The notes under the pieces were generated by a model that searched no databases, was not told the origin of the DNA, and saw only the letters and a list, made by a program, of their open reading frames with translations. The position numbers and the translations under genes are program-made. A stretch of DNA of 64,000 nt. It comes from Haliangiales bacterium (GTDB lineage Bacteria > Myxococcota_A > Polyangia > Haliangiales > SHYZ01). Positions 19,823-31,368 of the stretch are shown here, piece by piece. Numbering within the stretch: the first letter of the stretch is position 1; the number at the start of each line of letters is the position of its first letter. Where the stretch lies: the NCBI GenBank assembly GCA_035259575.1, contig DATFWE010000009.1, forward strand, positions 29,800 through 93,799, given 5' to 3'.

Positions 19823-20134
19823 CTACGAATTGATCCCGGTGATCTTGACCGCGGTGTACTGCTGCCGGTGTCCCGTCTTGCGGCGGTAGCCCTTGCGGCG
19901 GCGGAACTTGAACACGAGGAGCTTGGGTCCGAGCTCCTGGCCGACGATCTCGGCCGTGACCTTCGCGCCGCTGACGAGCGGGGCCCCGACCTTGACGTCG
20001 GCGCCGTCCGCCACGAGTAGGACGTCGGTGAACTCGAGCGCCTTCCCCTTGTCGCCCTCGAGCTTCTCCACGCGGATCGTCGCACCGGGCTCGACCCGGT
20101 ACTGCTTTCCGCCAGTTCGAATGACCGCGTACAT
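19823..20134 (-). CDS. rplU: 50S ribosomal protein L21
   Basis: MYAVIRTGGKQYRVEPG.. is the canonical L21 start, so I chose the ATG at 20134. The track ORF has 19 extra upstream codons. Confidence 0.95.
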   Translation of the reverse strand: MYAVIRTGGKQYRVEPGATIRVEKLEGDKGKALEFTDVLLVADGADVKVGAPLVSGAKVTAEIVGQELGPKLLVFKFRRRKGYRRKTGHRQQYTAVKITGINS

Positions 20135-20195
20135 GGGCATATCCTCAGTCGAAACGGGAAACGAGTGCCGTAGTCTACCCAGGGAGCCCACCAGG

Positions 20196-21626
<1,431 letters not shown>

Positions 21627-21720
21627 TGTTGCACCGCCCCCTCGCTCCGGCGCGCCGCTCCGGGTCGCTCGGCTGCGCCTCGCTCCAGGGTCGCTCGTTG
21701 GCGCGCCTCCGCTCGGGGGC
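21627..21720. repeat. 94-nt structured junction repeat (gatA|gatB)
   Basis: It fills the intergenic gap exactly and is flanked by TCAT at 21623-21626 and 21721-21724. It shares tgttgcaccgc and the core ggtcgctcggctgcgcctcgctccaggg with the 23191 and 15208 copies. Terminal imperfect inverted repeats lie at 21636-21656 and 21700-21720. Confidence 0.85.
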
Positions 21721-23190
<1,470 letters not shown>

Positions 23191-23284
23191 TGTTGCACCG
23201 CTCGCGCGCGACGGCTCGGGGCGCCAGGTCGCTCGGCTGCGCCTCCCTCCAGGGGCGCCTCTCTCCTCGCCGTCGCGCGCTCGC
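23191..23284. repeat. 94-nt structured junction repeat (gatC|gatA)
   Basis: Same length, same conserved blocks at the same offsets as 21627-21720, and flanked by TCAT (23187-23190, 23285-23288). The inverted-repeat arms (23200-23215 and 23269-23284) differ in sequence from the other copy but still pair. Confidence 0.85.
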
Positions 23285-23572
23285 TCATTTCTCGATGATT
23301 CGCGGCACGACGAAGAAATCGTCGACGCGCGCGGGCGCGGCGGCGAGCGCCTCGTCGGCGGACAAAGACGGCGCGGCCGCGTCCTCGCGCAGGGGGCAGT
23401 CGAGCGGCACGGCATGCGTCATCGGCTCGACCCCGGTCGTATCCAGGGCCTGCAGCTTTTCGACGTAGGCGAGGATGCTCTGGAGCTCCCCGCGCAGGCG
23501 CTCGGCCTCGGCCGCGCCCAGGCGGAGGCGCGCCAGCCCGGCCAGCTCCTCGACGTCTTCCCGGGTGATCAT
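23285..23572 (-). CDS. gatC: Glutamyl-tRNA(Gln) amidotransferase subunit C
   Basis: 95 aa. [30 protein letters not shown] is the typical GatC pattern. It lies upstream of gatA. Confidence 0.9.
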   Translation of the reverse strand: MITREDVEELAGLARLRLGAAEAERLRGELQSILAYVEKLQALDTTGVEPMTHAVPLDCPLREDAAAPSLSADEALAAAPARVDDFFVVPRIIEK

Positions 23573-23575
23573 GGC

Positions 23576-24232
23576 CTACAGCCGGTCGGCCTCCACGGTC
23601 GCGAATTCGGGCGGCGGGCCGAGCGGCGTCGGCGCTTCCCGGGGCGTGAGCGACGGATCCACCGCCGGGATGCGCTTGTCGAAGTCGAGCCAGATGCGCT
23701 TGTCCTTCCGGCAGTCGTAGTAGCGGCACACCGCCGGACGATGATGGTAGACGGTGCAGAACTTCGTCTCCGGGTCGTTGTGGACGCAGTAGCCGTTGTC
23801 CCCCTGCCGGATGAGGTACGGCTGGGTGTAGTTCCATTTCACGACGCGCTCGCCGAGATCCTGCTTCGACAGGGGGAAATGGAGCGTGCAGCAGCGTCCC
23901 CGGCACAGCGGGATGAGCTCGCCGCACGGGATGTCGGGGAGACCGGTCATCGAATATTTGTTGAGCGCCGGCTCGAGGATGATGCGCTCGTGCTCCTCCA
24001 TGCGCTTGAGCTCGCCGGCGCGGACGCGGTCGGTCCGCTCGGCGAGCCGGGCGGCGTCGACGCGCCCCGATTCCACCATCTCCTCGACGAGCGCCTCGAC
24101 GGCGACGACGAAGTCGACGACCCCGCGCTTGGCCTGCGAGCCGAGGACGTGCGCGAAGCGGAGCCCGGCGTCGAGGTCGGCGCGCAGCTCGCCGTCGCGC
24201 GCCGCGATCGCCTCGGGCGCGCGCTCAGCCAT
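23576..24232 (-). CDS. YkgJ-family (UPF0153) cysteine-cluster protein
   Basis: CGELIPLCRGRCCTLHFPL ... GYCVHNDPETKFCTVYHHRPAVCRYYDC is the CxxCxxCC-type zinc/iron-chelating pattern. The stop lies 3 nt before the gatC start. Confidence 0.75.
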   Translation of the reverse strand: MAERAPEAIAARDGELRADLDAGLRFAHVLGSQAKRGVVDFVVAVEALVEEMVESGRVDAARLAERTDRVRAGELKRMEEHERIILEPALNKYSMTGLPDIPCGELIPLCRGRCCTLHFPLSKQDLGERVVKWNYTQPYLIRQGDNGYCVHNDPETKFCTVYHHRPAVCRYYDCRKDKRIWLDFDKRIPAVDPSLTPREAPTPLGPPPEFATVEADRL

Positions 24233-24938
24233 GGCCGGCTTCGGTTAGGTGGAGCAGGTGCTCGGCACCGCGGGCCATGTAGGTGTCGGCGATCTTCGAC
24301 GCGGTGTCGCCGTCGTGCTTGGCCACCGCCTTGACCAGCGCGCGATGGTGCCGGCGCACGGCGTCGGTGGACACGGTGAAATGCGAGAAGAAGCTGGCGT
24401 AGGCGAGGACCGCCTGCCGCACCGTGTTGATGAGAAGCCCGAATACGCGGTTCTTCCCCGCGTGGGTGAGCGCGACGTAGAACTCGAAGTCGAGGCGCAG
24501 GATTTCCTCGGGGGCGCGCGCCTCCTCGGCGGCGTCGGCGATCGCCCGCAGCCGCTCGATGTCGGCGGGCTCGGCGCGCTCCGCCGCCAGACGCGCCACC
24601 TCGCGCCCGTAGATGCGACGGAACTCGAGAATGTCGGCGAGGAGCGCCGGGTGCCCGCCCTGCGCCAGCGGGACCAGGTGCGACACGAGATCGATGCCGC
24701 CGGTCTGCATGAAGTCGAGGACGCGCGTGCCGTCCCCTTGACGGATCTTCACCAGCCCCATGTGCTCCAGCTTCTTCAGCGCCTCGCGCAGCGACGACCG
24801 GTTGACCCCGAGCTCCTTGGCGAGGTTGCGCTCCGGCGGCAGCTTGTCCCCCGGCGCGTACGATCCGCTGAGGATGAGGTTGCGCAGCTGGTCGACGATC
24901 TCTTCCGCAACGCGCTGTTTTTCTATGGGACGGAGCAT
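24225..24938 (-). CDS. GntR-family transcriptional regulator (FadR/FCD subfamily)
   Basis: The N-terminal winged HTH is ..GDKLPPERNLAKELGVNRSSLREALKKLEHMGLVKIRQGDGTRV... The C-terminal domain is helical and FCD-like. It overlaps the next gene by 8 nt. Confidence 0.9.
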   Translation of the reverse strand: MLRPIEKQRVAEEIVDQLRNLILSGSYAPGDKLPPERNLAKELGVNRSSLREALKKLEHMGLVKIRQGDGTRVLDFMQTGGIDLVSHLVPLAQGGHPALLADILEFRRIYGREVARLAAERAEPADIERLRAIADAAEEARAPEEILRLDFEFYVALTHAGKNRVFGLLINTVRQAVLAYASFFSHFTVSTDAVRRHHRALVKAVAKHDGDTASKIADTYMARGAEHLLHLTEAGHG

Positions 24939-24975
24939 GGGGCGAGGGGCGAGATCTTATCAGGTTCCGGGCAAG

Positions 24976-25004
24976 TTGATCGTGGCTTCTCCGTTGACTA
25001 GAAT
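24976..25004 (+). promoter_or_regulatory. Candidate sigma70-type promoter, probably giving a leaderless or near-leaderless mRNA for the 25013 gene
   Basis: TTGATC (24976-24981), 17-nt spacer, TAGAAT (24999-25004). The GTG start codon at 25013 lies 9 nt downstream of the -10 hexamer. Confidence 0.45.
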
Positions 25005-25012
25005 GATGTCTC

Positions 25013-25867
25013 GTGTCGCGTTCCCGCGTCTTTTTGACCCAGGCCGTAGTTTGCGCGCTGCTCTGCGCGGCGTGCACCGGCGCGACCGACGTGCGCCCCG
25101 TCCCGGACGCGGGGGGGCGGAGCTACGCCCGCCTCACGGTGGTGGCGACGGGGACGTCCGTGGCCGTGACCGGGCGGCTGCTCCGCTACAAGAACCTCGA
25201 CGCCGACAGCGCGCAGATCCTGGCCGGGGCGCCCCCGTACGAGGGCGCGCTGCCCGGGGCGTGCATGCTCATCGACGAGGAGACGCTGCTCGACCTGGCG
25301 ATCTCCGGGACGTCCCCCGACGCCTCGGTGCGCCTGCTCGATGCCGGCGAGGTGCTGGTGCGCGCCGCCGGCCACGCCGTGCGGCTGCCCCCGCGCTACG
25401 TCCCCGAGCTGCTGCCGTTCGTGAGCGGCGTCGCCTACACAGCGGAGACGGGCGCCGACACGGCGGCGGACCCGGTGCCGACGGAGGTTCTCGTGTCCGC
25501 GTTCGGCGGCGAGGACGTCGGCGCGTTCTCCGCCGCAGCCGAGCTGCCGCCGACCCCGCGCATCACCAGCGTGGGTGAGCCGGCGCGCGGCTCGTCGCTC
25601 GACCTGGCGTGGGAGGGGCGCGGCTCGGGGACGGTCGACCTCGTGGTCACGCGCGACGCGGGCCGCTCGGTGCGCTGCCGCGTCGCCGACAACGGCCGCT
25701 TCTCCGTCCCCGCCCGCGCGCTGGGGCCGTTGTGGGACGCGGGGCGCTCCGACGTCGCGACCGTGTCGGTCGAGCGCTCGCTGCGGACGCCGTTCTCCGC
25801 GCCCGGGCTCGACGGCGGCGACGTGGTCGTCGTCGCGCGAGACGCGGCGACCGTCCGGGTCCCCTAA
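25013..25867 (+). CDS. Hypothetical lipoprotein
   Basis: Lipobox VVCALLCAACTG. Balanced composition over 284 aa. No family motif recognised. Confidence 0.6.
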   Translation: MSRSRVFLTQAVVCALLCAACTGATDVRPVPDAGGRSYARLTVVATGTSVAVTGRLLRYKNLDADSAQILAGAPPYEGALPGACMLIDEETLLDLAISGTSPDASVRLLDAGEVLVRAAGHAVRLPPRYVPELLPFVSGVAYTAETGADTAADPVPTEVLVSAFGGEDVGAFSAAAELPPTPRITSVGEPARGSSLDLAWEGRGSGTVDLVVTRDAGRSVRCRVADNGRFSVPARALGPLWDAGRSDVATVSVERSLRTPFSAPGLDGGDVVVVARDAATVRVP

Positions 25868-26059
25868 AAACAAACAAGGAATTCGAACAAGGAATTCGAA
25901 GTCGAACGGGGGAGCAGAGAGGGCCGCTCCCGAGCAGCGAAGCGCCTCGCCGGCATTCGAATTTCGAACGGGGAAGCACAGAGGGCCTCCCGCGAGCACG
26001 GAAGGCCCTCTCCGGCATTCGAATTCGAATTCCTTGTTCCTTGTTCCTTGTTCCTTGTT
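25868..26059. repeat. AT-richer palindromic/tandem repeat block in a convergent intergenic region
   Basis: The left arm has ACAAGGAATTCGA twice (25874-25899). Two ~61-62-nt tandem units lie at 25895-25955 and 25956-26017, each TTCGAA..TCGAACGGGG..hairpin..CCGGCA. The right arm is TTCGAATTCGAATTCC plus four copies of TCCTTGT (26018-26058), the inverted complement of the left arm. Confidence 0.8.
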
Positions 26060-27889
26060 CTATTCGACCACCCGCAGCACCGGGCCGGTGCCGTCGTCGC
26101 CGGCGCGCTCGGGCGCGACGACGACCCGATTCCGCCCCTCGCGTTTGGCGCGGTAGACGGCGCGGTCGGCCGCGCCGATGAGCGCAGGCTCGTCGGCGCC
26201 GTGCGCGGGGTACGCGGCGACGCCGATCGAGGTGCGGACGATCGCCCCCACGGTCTCCGCGCCGTTGTCGACGATGATGTGCTCGGCGCCGGCGCGAATG
26301 CGCTCCGCCACCACCTGCGCGCCGGCCAGATCCGTATCCACCAGCAGCACGACGAACTCCTCGCCGCCGTAGCGGATGACCGCGTCGCCGTTGCGGACGG
26401 TGTTGTGGAGGAGCGCCGCGAACGCCACCAGCGCCCGGTCGCCCACCTGGTGGCCGTGGCTGTCGTTCACTTGCTTGAAGTGGTCCAGGTCGCACACGAG
26501 CACCGCGAGCGGGCGCTTGCGCCGCGCCGCCACGCTGAGCTGCTTGGCCAGATACTCGGACAGGAAGGCGCGGTTGTACGCGCTGGTCAGGCTGTCGCGC
26601 AGCGCGCGCTCGCGCGTCGACGACAGGAGCCGGATCGAGCTCAACGTCGTCGACGCGAAGTTGATGTAGCCCTGGCTGCCCTCGAGGGACTCGCGCGGGA
26701 AGCGGCCGCGCTCGGTCGATTGCATGTTGACGATGCCGACGAGCTCGCCCGCCGACACCATCGGCACGCAGCAGTAGGATCCCGCTTCGGGCACGCCGAG
26801 CGGGCAGGCGCACGCGACCGGCGCATCGGAGTCGGCGCTCACCGGGCGGAGCGTGCGCACCGCGCGGCAGCGCATCGGCTCGGACAGGATGGGGTGATGG
26901 CCGACCTCATCCGGCGGCAGTGGCCCCGGCCAGGTCACCTCCAGCCGGTTGCGGCTGGCGTTGCGGACGAGGATCTGGAGCTTGTCCGGCGCCATCGTGT
27001 CGTCCAGCGTGCGGGCGAGCGCCTGGTGGAGCTCGTGCTCGTCGACGAGCTGCTGCACGAACTCGCCGAAGGCGTTGAACGCCACCGCGCGCGCGTGCGC
27101 CTGGGCGCGGGCGCGCTCGCGCTCGCGCGCGGTGCGATCGAGGTCGTGCAGCGCCTGCTGCAGACCGGCGACCTCGCGCACCTTGACCCCCGCCCCCGGC
27201 GCGGCGAACGGCTCGCCGGCGCTGGCCTTGCGCTCGAGCTCGGCGAGCGGTCCGGCGGTCCGGCGCAGGAACGCGCGCATGATCCACAGGCCCATGACGA
27301 AGACGAGGGCGGTGACGCCGTGGCCGATGAGGCGCGCCTCCTGGATGAGGCGATCCGCGCGCGCAATCGCCGCCTCGGAGATGTCGCGCAACACATCGCT
27401 GAGCTCCGCGTGCGCGGCGCGCACGCGCTCGAACAGGCGCTTGCCCTCGATGAACGCGGCGGGGAGGTCCTGGATCGGCCCCTTCTCGCGCGCCCAGATC
27501 TGGGGCGAGGCGTAGGCAGTGATCCAATCCGCCGTGGCGTCGTCGACATCGTCGAGGAGCTTGGACACGCGCTCGCGCTCCCCGTCGAGGAGGAGGCGCG
27601 CGAGCTGGAGGCGCGCGTCGCGCGCCGCGTTCCGTCCCGTCTCGTAGGGCTCGAGGAGGCGCCGGTCGCCGCTCGCCAGGTAGCCGCGCAGGCCGACCTC
27701 TTGGTCGACGAGGCCGAGCAGGCGCGCGCGGGCGGACGCGGCGATCATGTCGTGGCGGACGACCGCGGCGCGGCGGTCGTCGGCGGCGCGAAGGACCCGT
27801 TCCGAGGTGAGGACCGACACCGCCGCCCCGCCGAGCAGGATCCCGCCCATTCCGGCGAGGAGCATGGCGCGCAGGGACCAGCGGAACAT
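26060..27889 (-). CDS. Diguanylate cyclase with CHASE3 sensor, GAF-like domain and GGDEF domain
   Basis: The start MFRWSLRAMLLAGMGGILLGGAAV (TM) is at 27889. CHASE3 pattern ..GLRGYLASGDRRLLEPYE... A second TM follows, then a GAF-like region and a GGDEF domain with RYGGEEF. An RxxD I-site (RNGD) lies 5 residues upstream. The rest of the 1253-aa track ORF is shadow frame over the next gene. Confidence 0.9.
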   Translation of the reverse strand: MFRWSLRAMLLAGMGGILLGGAAVSVLTSERVLRAADDRRAAVVRHDMIAASARARLLGLVDQEVGLRGYLASGDRRLLEPYETGRNAARDARLQLARLLLDGERERVSKLLDDVDDATADWITAYASPQIWAREKGPIQDLPAAFIEGKRLFERVRAAHAELSDVLRDISEAAIARADRLIQEARLIGHGVTALVFVMGLWIMRAFLRRTAGPLAELERKASAGEPFAAPGAGVKVREVAGLQQALHDLDRTARERERARAQAHARAVAFNAFGEFVQQLVDEHELHQALARTLDDTMAPDKLQILVRNASRNRLEVTWPGPLPPDEVGHHPILSEPMRCRAVRTLRPVSADSDAPVACACPLGVPEAGSYCCVPMVSAGELVGIVNMQSTERGRFPRESLEGSQGYINFASTTLSSIRLLSSTRERALRDSLTSAYNRAFLSEYLAKQLSVAARRKRPLAVLVCDLDHFKQVNDSHGHQVGDRALVAFAALLHNTVRNGDAVIRYGGEEFVVLLVDTDLAGAQVVAERIRAGAEHIIVDNGAETVGAIVRTSIGVAAYPAHGADEPALIGAADRAVYRAKREGRNRVVVAPERAGDDGTGPVLRVVE

Positions 27890-27996
27890 TCGACACCGAT
27901 AACGCACGAATTGCGCCAGCCCGTACCGTGAATGATTACGGTACCTTGTGCTGAACGTCGCCCGGCCCTCGGGAATGGGCTCCCGAGCGCCCGCTC

Positions 27997-29943
27997 CTAC
28001 TTCTTGCGGAAGCGGTCGAAGAGGCCCTTCTTGTCGCCGCCCTTGCGCCGCATCTCGAGGAGGCGCACCTCGCGCAGCGCGTCCACGTGCCCCTCGGCCA
28101 GATCGAGGACGCGGTGGAACGCCGCCATGGCGCGCGCTTCGTCGCCGACGTGCTTGTAGAGCTGCCCCAGGTAGAAGAACGCCGGGACGCACTTCGAGTT
28201 CAGCTCGATGGCCTTGTTGAGCTCTTTCTTGATGTCGAGGGCGATCGCGTCCTTGTCGTCGGCGTGGCACCACGTCGCCCACGCGGCCATGGCGTGGTGC
28301 TCCCCCTCGTCGGGGTTGAGCTCGAGCGCGGTCTTGAACTCCTTCTCGGCGAGGGAGAAGAGCTGCCGCCTGAGCGCCATCTCGCCCTTGCGGAAGTGCT
28401 CCTCGGCGGTGAGGATCTTGGTGGCGCGGGCGACCTCGTCCTCGTCGCCGCGCATTGCGCCGTGCCGGCCGCCCTCGAGGAGGTGGGAGTATTCGGCGCG
28501 CTTCTTGTCGTCGCCCAGCACGGCATACGCCTCGCTCAGGCGGGCGAAGATCTTCTCCACCTGCGGGCGGAGGTTCTCGAGCTTGACGATCGACAGGCGA
28601 TCGGGGTGGTACATCTTGGCCAGTTGGAAGTACGCGGTCTTGATCTGGGCGCTGCCCGCGTCGCGCGGAACGCCGAGGATGACGAAGTAGTCGGCGTTGA
28701 CCTCGACCTGTCCGAGCTTGTGGATGATGTGCTCGCGCAGCGTGCCCGCGGCGCCGGCGCCGTCGAGCGTGTGGCGGCCGACCTTGGGGAAGGGCCCGGA
28801 CCCGGACGCGCTCGGCTGCGGCGACTCGGCGCGCGGCGTCGGGGCTTTTGCCTCGGCGTGCGGGCCGGTCTGCCGCGCCTGCGGGCCGGTGGCGCGCACG
28901 TTCGGTCCGGTCGGCGACGGCGGGCGGAGAGGTCCCGTGTCGCGCGCCTTCGGCGCAGTGGAGGACGACGGCGACGGCGGATGGAGCGGCCCGGTTCCCT
29001 GGGGCGGCGTGCGATTCGCGCCGGTGCCGTTCGGGACGCGCGACGGCGGCGCCGGCGGCGGCGCCGGCGGCGGCCCGACGTTGGTCACGCCGGTGCGCGG
29101 GCGCTGCGGCGGATCCGGCGCGAACGGGGACTCGATGCGGGGGTTGGTCGTCTCGGCGATTTCCATCTCCTGGGTCGCCTCGCGCGGGCGCTTGCGCAGG
29201 CGGGGGACGGAGGTCGCGGGCTTCACGTCGACGGCGTCGAAGGCGTAGAGGCCATAGACGACCGCGAGCACCGATTCGCGCGGCAGGGTGAGGCACGCGG
29301 CGACGAGGTCGTCGAGCAGCCAGTAGCCCTTGTTCAGGTAGGCCAGCACCACGAGCTCGTCGTCGGCGAACCCGTAGGCTCCCTGGATCCCGTTCGGGTC
29401 GATGGCCATCTTGAGCGCCGACCCGGACAGCGCGCCGCCCAGCTCGCGTTCCAAACGGTCCTGCCCGCCATGCAGCCGCATGCCCTTGTAGACCACCCAG
29501 CGGGGCTCGAGCGGCTCGGCGGCCTGTTCCTCGGGCGGGTGCGCCCCGGCCTCCACATGGAATGTGGCATGGGGGAGCGCAAACAGTCGGAGCGCACGCC
29601 GCGTCAGCGTCATGCGGACCGCCCGCGAAACATTCTCCGCGGAGAGCGCCTTCATGTCGACGAGAACCTCGAGCTGCCCCTTCTTGCGGTTCTGCGCCAT
29701 CCGGCGCAACGACTCGCCCAGCGCGCTCGGATCGACGAGGCCACCGTCGAGGGCGACCCGCCCCAGCGTGTCCTCGGGCGCCGCGCTCTCGGCTGCGACC
29801 AGCACGCCCGACCGGAACCACACCGCATGGCGCCGCATGTCCTGCTCCAGGCGGAGCGCGCCGGTGAAGCCCTGCACCGCCAGCCTGCCCATGAGCGGCC
29901 CCAGCGGCACGGTTTCGACGTTTCCCGAGCTGGGAAAGGTCAC
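27997..29943 (-). CDS. DUF4388 (PatA-N-like) / Pro-rich linker / DnaJ J-domain / TPR protein
   Basis: N-terminus ..LMGRLAVQGFTGALRLEQDMRRHAVWFRSGVLVAAES.. is the DUF4388 pattern. The J domain DYFVILGVPRDAGSAQIKTAYFQLAKMYHPDR contains HPD. The C-terminal repeats are TPR-like. Confidence 0.8.
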   Translation of the reverse strand: MTFPSSGNVETVPLGPLMGRLAVQGFTGALRLEQDMRRHAVWFRSGVLVAAESAAPEDTLGRVALDGGLVDPSALGESLRRMAQNRKKGQLEVLVDMKALSAENVSRAVRMTLTRRALRLFALPHATFHVEAGAHPPEEQAAEPLEPRWVVYKGMRLHGGQDRLERELGGALSGSALKMAIDPNGIQGAYGFADDELVVLAYLNKGYWLLDDLVAACLTLPRESVLAVVYGLYAFDAVDVKPATSVPRLRKRPREATQEMEIAETTNPRIESPFAPDPPQRPRTGVTNVGPPPAPPPAPPSRVPNGTGANRTPPQGTGPLHPPSPSSSTAPKARDTGPLRPPSPTGPNVRATGPQARQTGPHAEAKAPTPRAESPQPSASGSGPFPKVGRHTLDGAGAAGTLREHIIHKLGQVEVNADYFVILGVPRDAGSAQIKTAYFQLAKMYHPDRLSIVKLENLRPQVEKIFARLSEAYAVLGDDKKRAEYSHLLEGGRHGAMRGDEDEVARATKILTAEEHFRKGEMALRRQLFSLAEKEFKTALELNPDEGEHHAMAAWATWCHADDKDAIALDIKKELNKAIELNSKCVPAFFYLGQLYKHVGDEARAMAAFHRVLDLAEGHVDALREVRLLEMRRKGGDKKGLFDRFRKK

Positions 29944-30209
29944 TCGCGCTTCTCCGCTCGACGGGTCCTCACCTTACGGAGTACGTAGGACAGGGCAAAT
30001 ATGCCCACCATGCTCAACACCACCCCGACGACCCACGGATCAGCGTCCATACGCATTGGATTTTACAAGAGTGTCGGCCAAACGTCTCCCTTGTCAATGT
30101 GGCGACTAGACGTATTCTTCCTTACCCCTCATACGTTGATAGATCTTCCGGGCCTTCCCTTAGGGGCGAAGGCCGCGGACTCATTGGGGTTGCGTTATAC
30201 TCGAGGCGC

Positions 30210-31001
30210 ATGTCCACGTCCTTCCCGCTGGACGGGATGCGCGTGCGTTTTTCCGGCGAAACCCATGTAGGAATGGCGCGCACGCACAACGAAGACTCGC
30301 TCCACATGCCGGTGGACGAGCGCCTCGCGATCGTCGCCGACGGCATGGGCGGACACGCGTCGGGCGAGGTCGCGAGCCGGATGGCCGTCGAGACGATGGT
30401 GGAGTACTTCCGCGACACCGCCGAGGAGCAGGCCCTGACGTGGCCGTACAAGGTCGATCACGAGGGGCGCGCGGACATCACGCGTCTCGTGACGGCGATC
30501 AAGCTCGCGAACCTGCGCATCCACGAGGCGTCGACGCGCGAGGCCGCCAAGAAGGGCATGGGCACGACGGTCGTGTCCGCGTTGTTCCTCGACGACCGGA
30601 TCGTCATCGGTCACGTCGGGGACAGCCGCGTCTACCGCGTGCGCGAGGGGGAGATCGTCCAGATCACCGACGACCATTCCCTCATCAACGACTACATCAA
30701 GATGAAGCGGATGACGCCGGAGGAGGCCGCCAACTGGCCCCACAAGAACGTGATCGTCCGCGCGCTGGGCATGAAGGAGACGGTCCAGGTGGACGTGCAC
30801 GTGGAGACGCCGCGCCTGGGCGATCTGTTCCTGCTCTGCTCCGACGGGTTGTCGTCGATGATCGGCGACGAAAAGATCGTCGACATCGTGAAGCACGAGC
30901 ACGACCTCGACAGGGCGGCCGAGGAGCTGATCGGCGCCGCCAACGAAGCCGGCGGCAAGGACAACATCACCGTGGTGTTGGCCCGGATCGAGCCGGCGTG
31001 A
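30210..31001 (+). CDS. PP2C-family Ser/Thr protein phosphatase
   Basis: ..SGETHVGMARTHNEDS.., ..IVADGMGGHASGEVAS.., ..LLCSDGL.., ..GGKDNITVV... I chose the ATG at 30210; the track ORF begins 37 codons earlier in non-homologous sequence. Confidence 0.9.
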   Translation: MSTSFPLDGMRVRFSGETHVGMARTHNEDSLHMPVDERLAIVADGMGGHASGEVASRMAVETMVEYFRDTAEEQALTWPYKVDHEGRADITRLVTAIKLANLRIHEASTREAAKKGMGTTVVSALFLDDRIVIGHVGDSRVYRVREGEIVQITDDHSLINDYIKMKRMTPEEAANWPHKNVIVRALGMKETVQVDVHVETPRLGDLFLLCSDGLSSMIGDEKIVDIVKHEHDLDRAAEELIGAANEAGGKDNITVVLARIEPA

Positions 31002-31354
31002 TGCGCGTGCTCGTCTGGCTCGTCCTCATGTGCGCCTGCGAGCGCGGGCCGGAGCCGGGGCCGCCGGCGATGCCGCAGGCGGAGAAGGACCGCGCGGTCG
31101 AGATCTGTCGAACCTACGTGGCGCGGCTGTGCGCGTGCGCCGGCGACGATGCCGCCCTGCGCGAGGCCTGCGACCTCGCGCGCGCGCAACCCGAGGCCGT
31201 CGCCATGCACCTCACCATCCTTGCCGGCAAGGGGCCCAAGGGGCAGCTCGCCCCGGAGGAGCGCGCGCTCATGGAGTCGAGCCTGCGCAAGATCGTCGCC
31301 GCATGTGTTAGGGGCGACGCAGAGCTCGATCCCCACAAGTGTCCGCGTAAGTAG
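31001..31354 (+). CDS. Small Cys-rich lipoprotein (hypothetical)
   Basis: MRVLVWLVLMCAC carries a lipobox. 117 aa. The ATG overlaps the PP2C TGA by 1 nt (TGATG). No family recognised. Confidence 0.55.
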   Translation: MRVLVWLVLMCACERGPEPGPPAMPQAEKDRAVEICRTYVARLCACAGDDAALREACDLARAQPEAVAMHLTILAGKGPKGQLAPEERALMESSLRKIVAACVRGDAELDPHKCPRK

Positions 31355-31368
31355 TAAGGTTCGCGCCC

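Noticed and set aside
25895-26017. CRISPR array
   Set aside because: Only two adjacent ~61-nt units are present, with no unique spacers between them. No cas genes are nearby. It is a tandem duplication inside a palindromic intergenic block.
26060-29821. 1253-aa minus-strand ORF as a single protein
   Set aside because: Only the last 609 aa (from the ATG at 27889) form the CHASE3-GAF-GGDEF protein. Upstream it is an Arg/Pro/Gly-rich alternative frame over the real DUF4388-J-domain gene (27997-29943).
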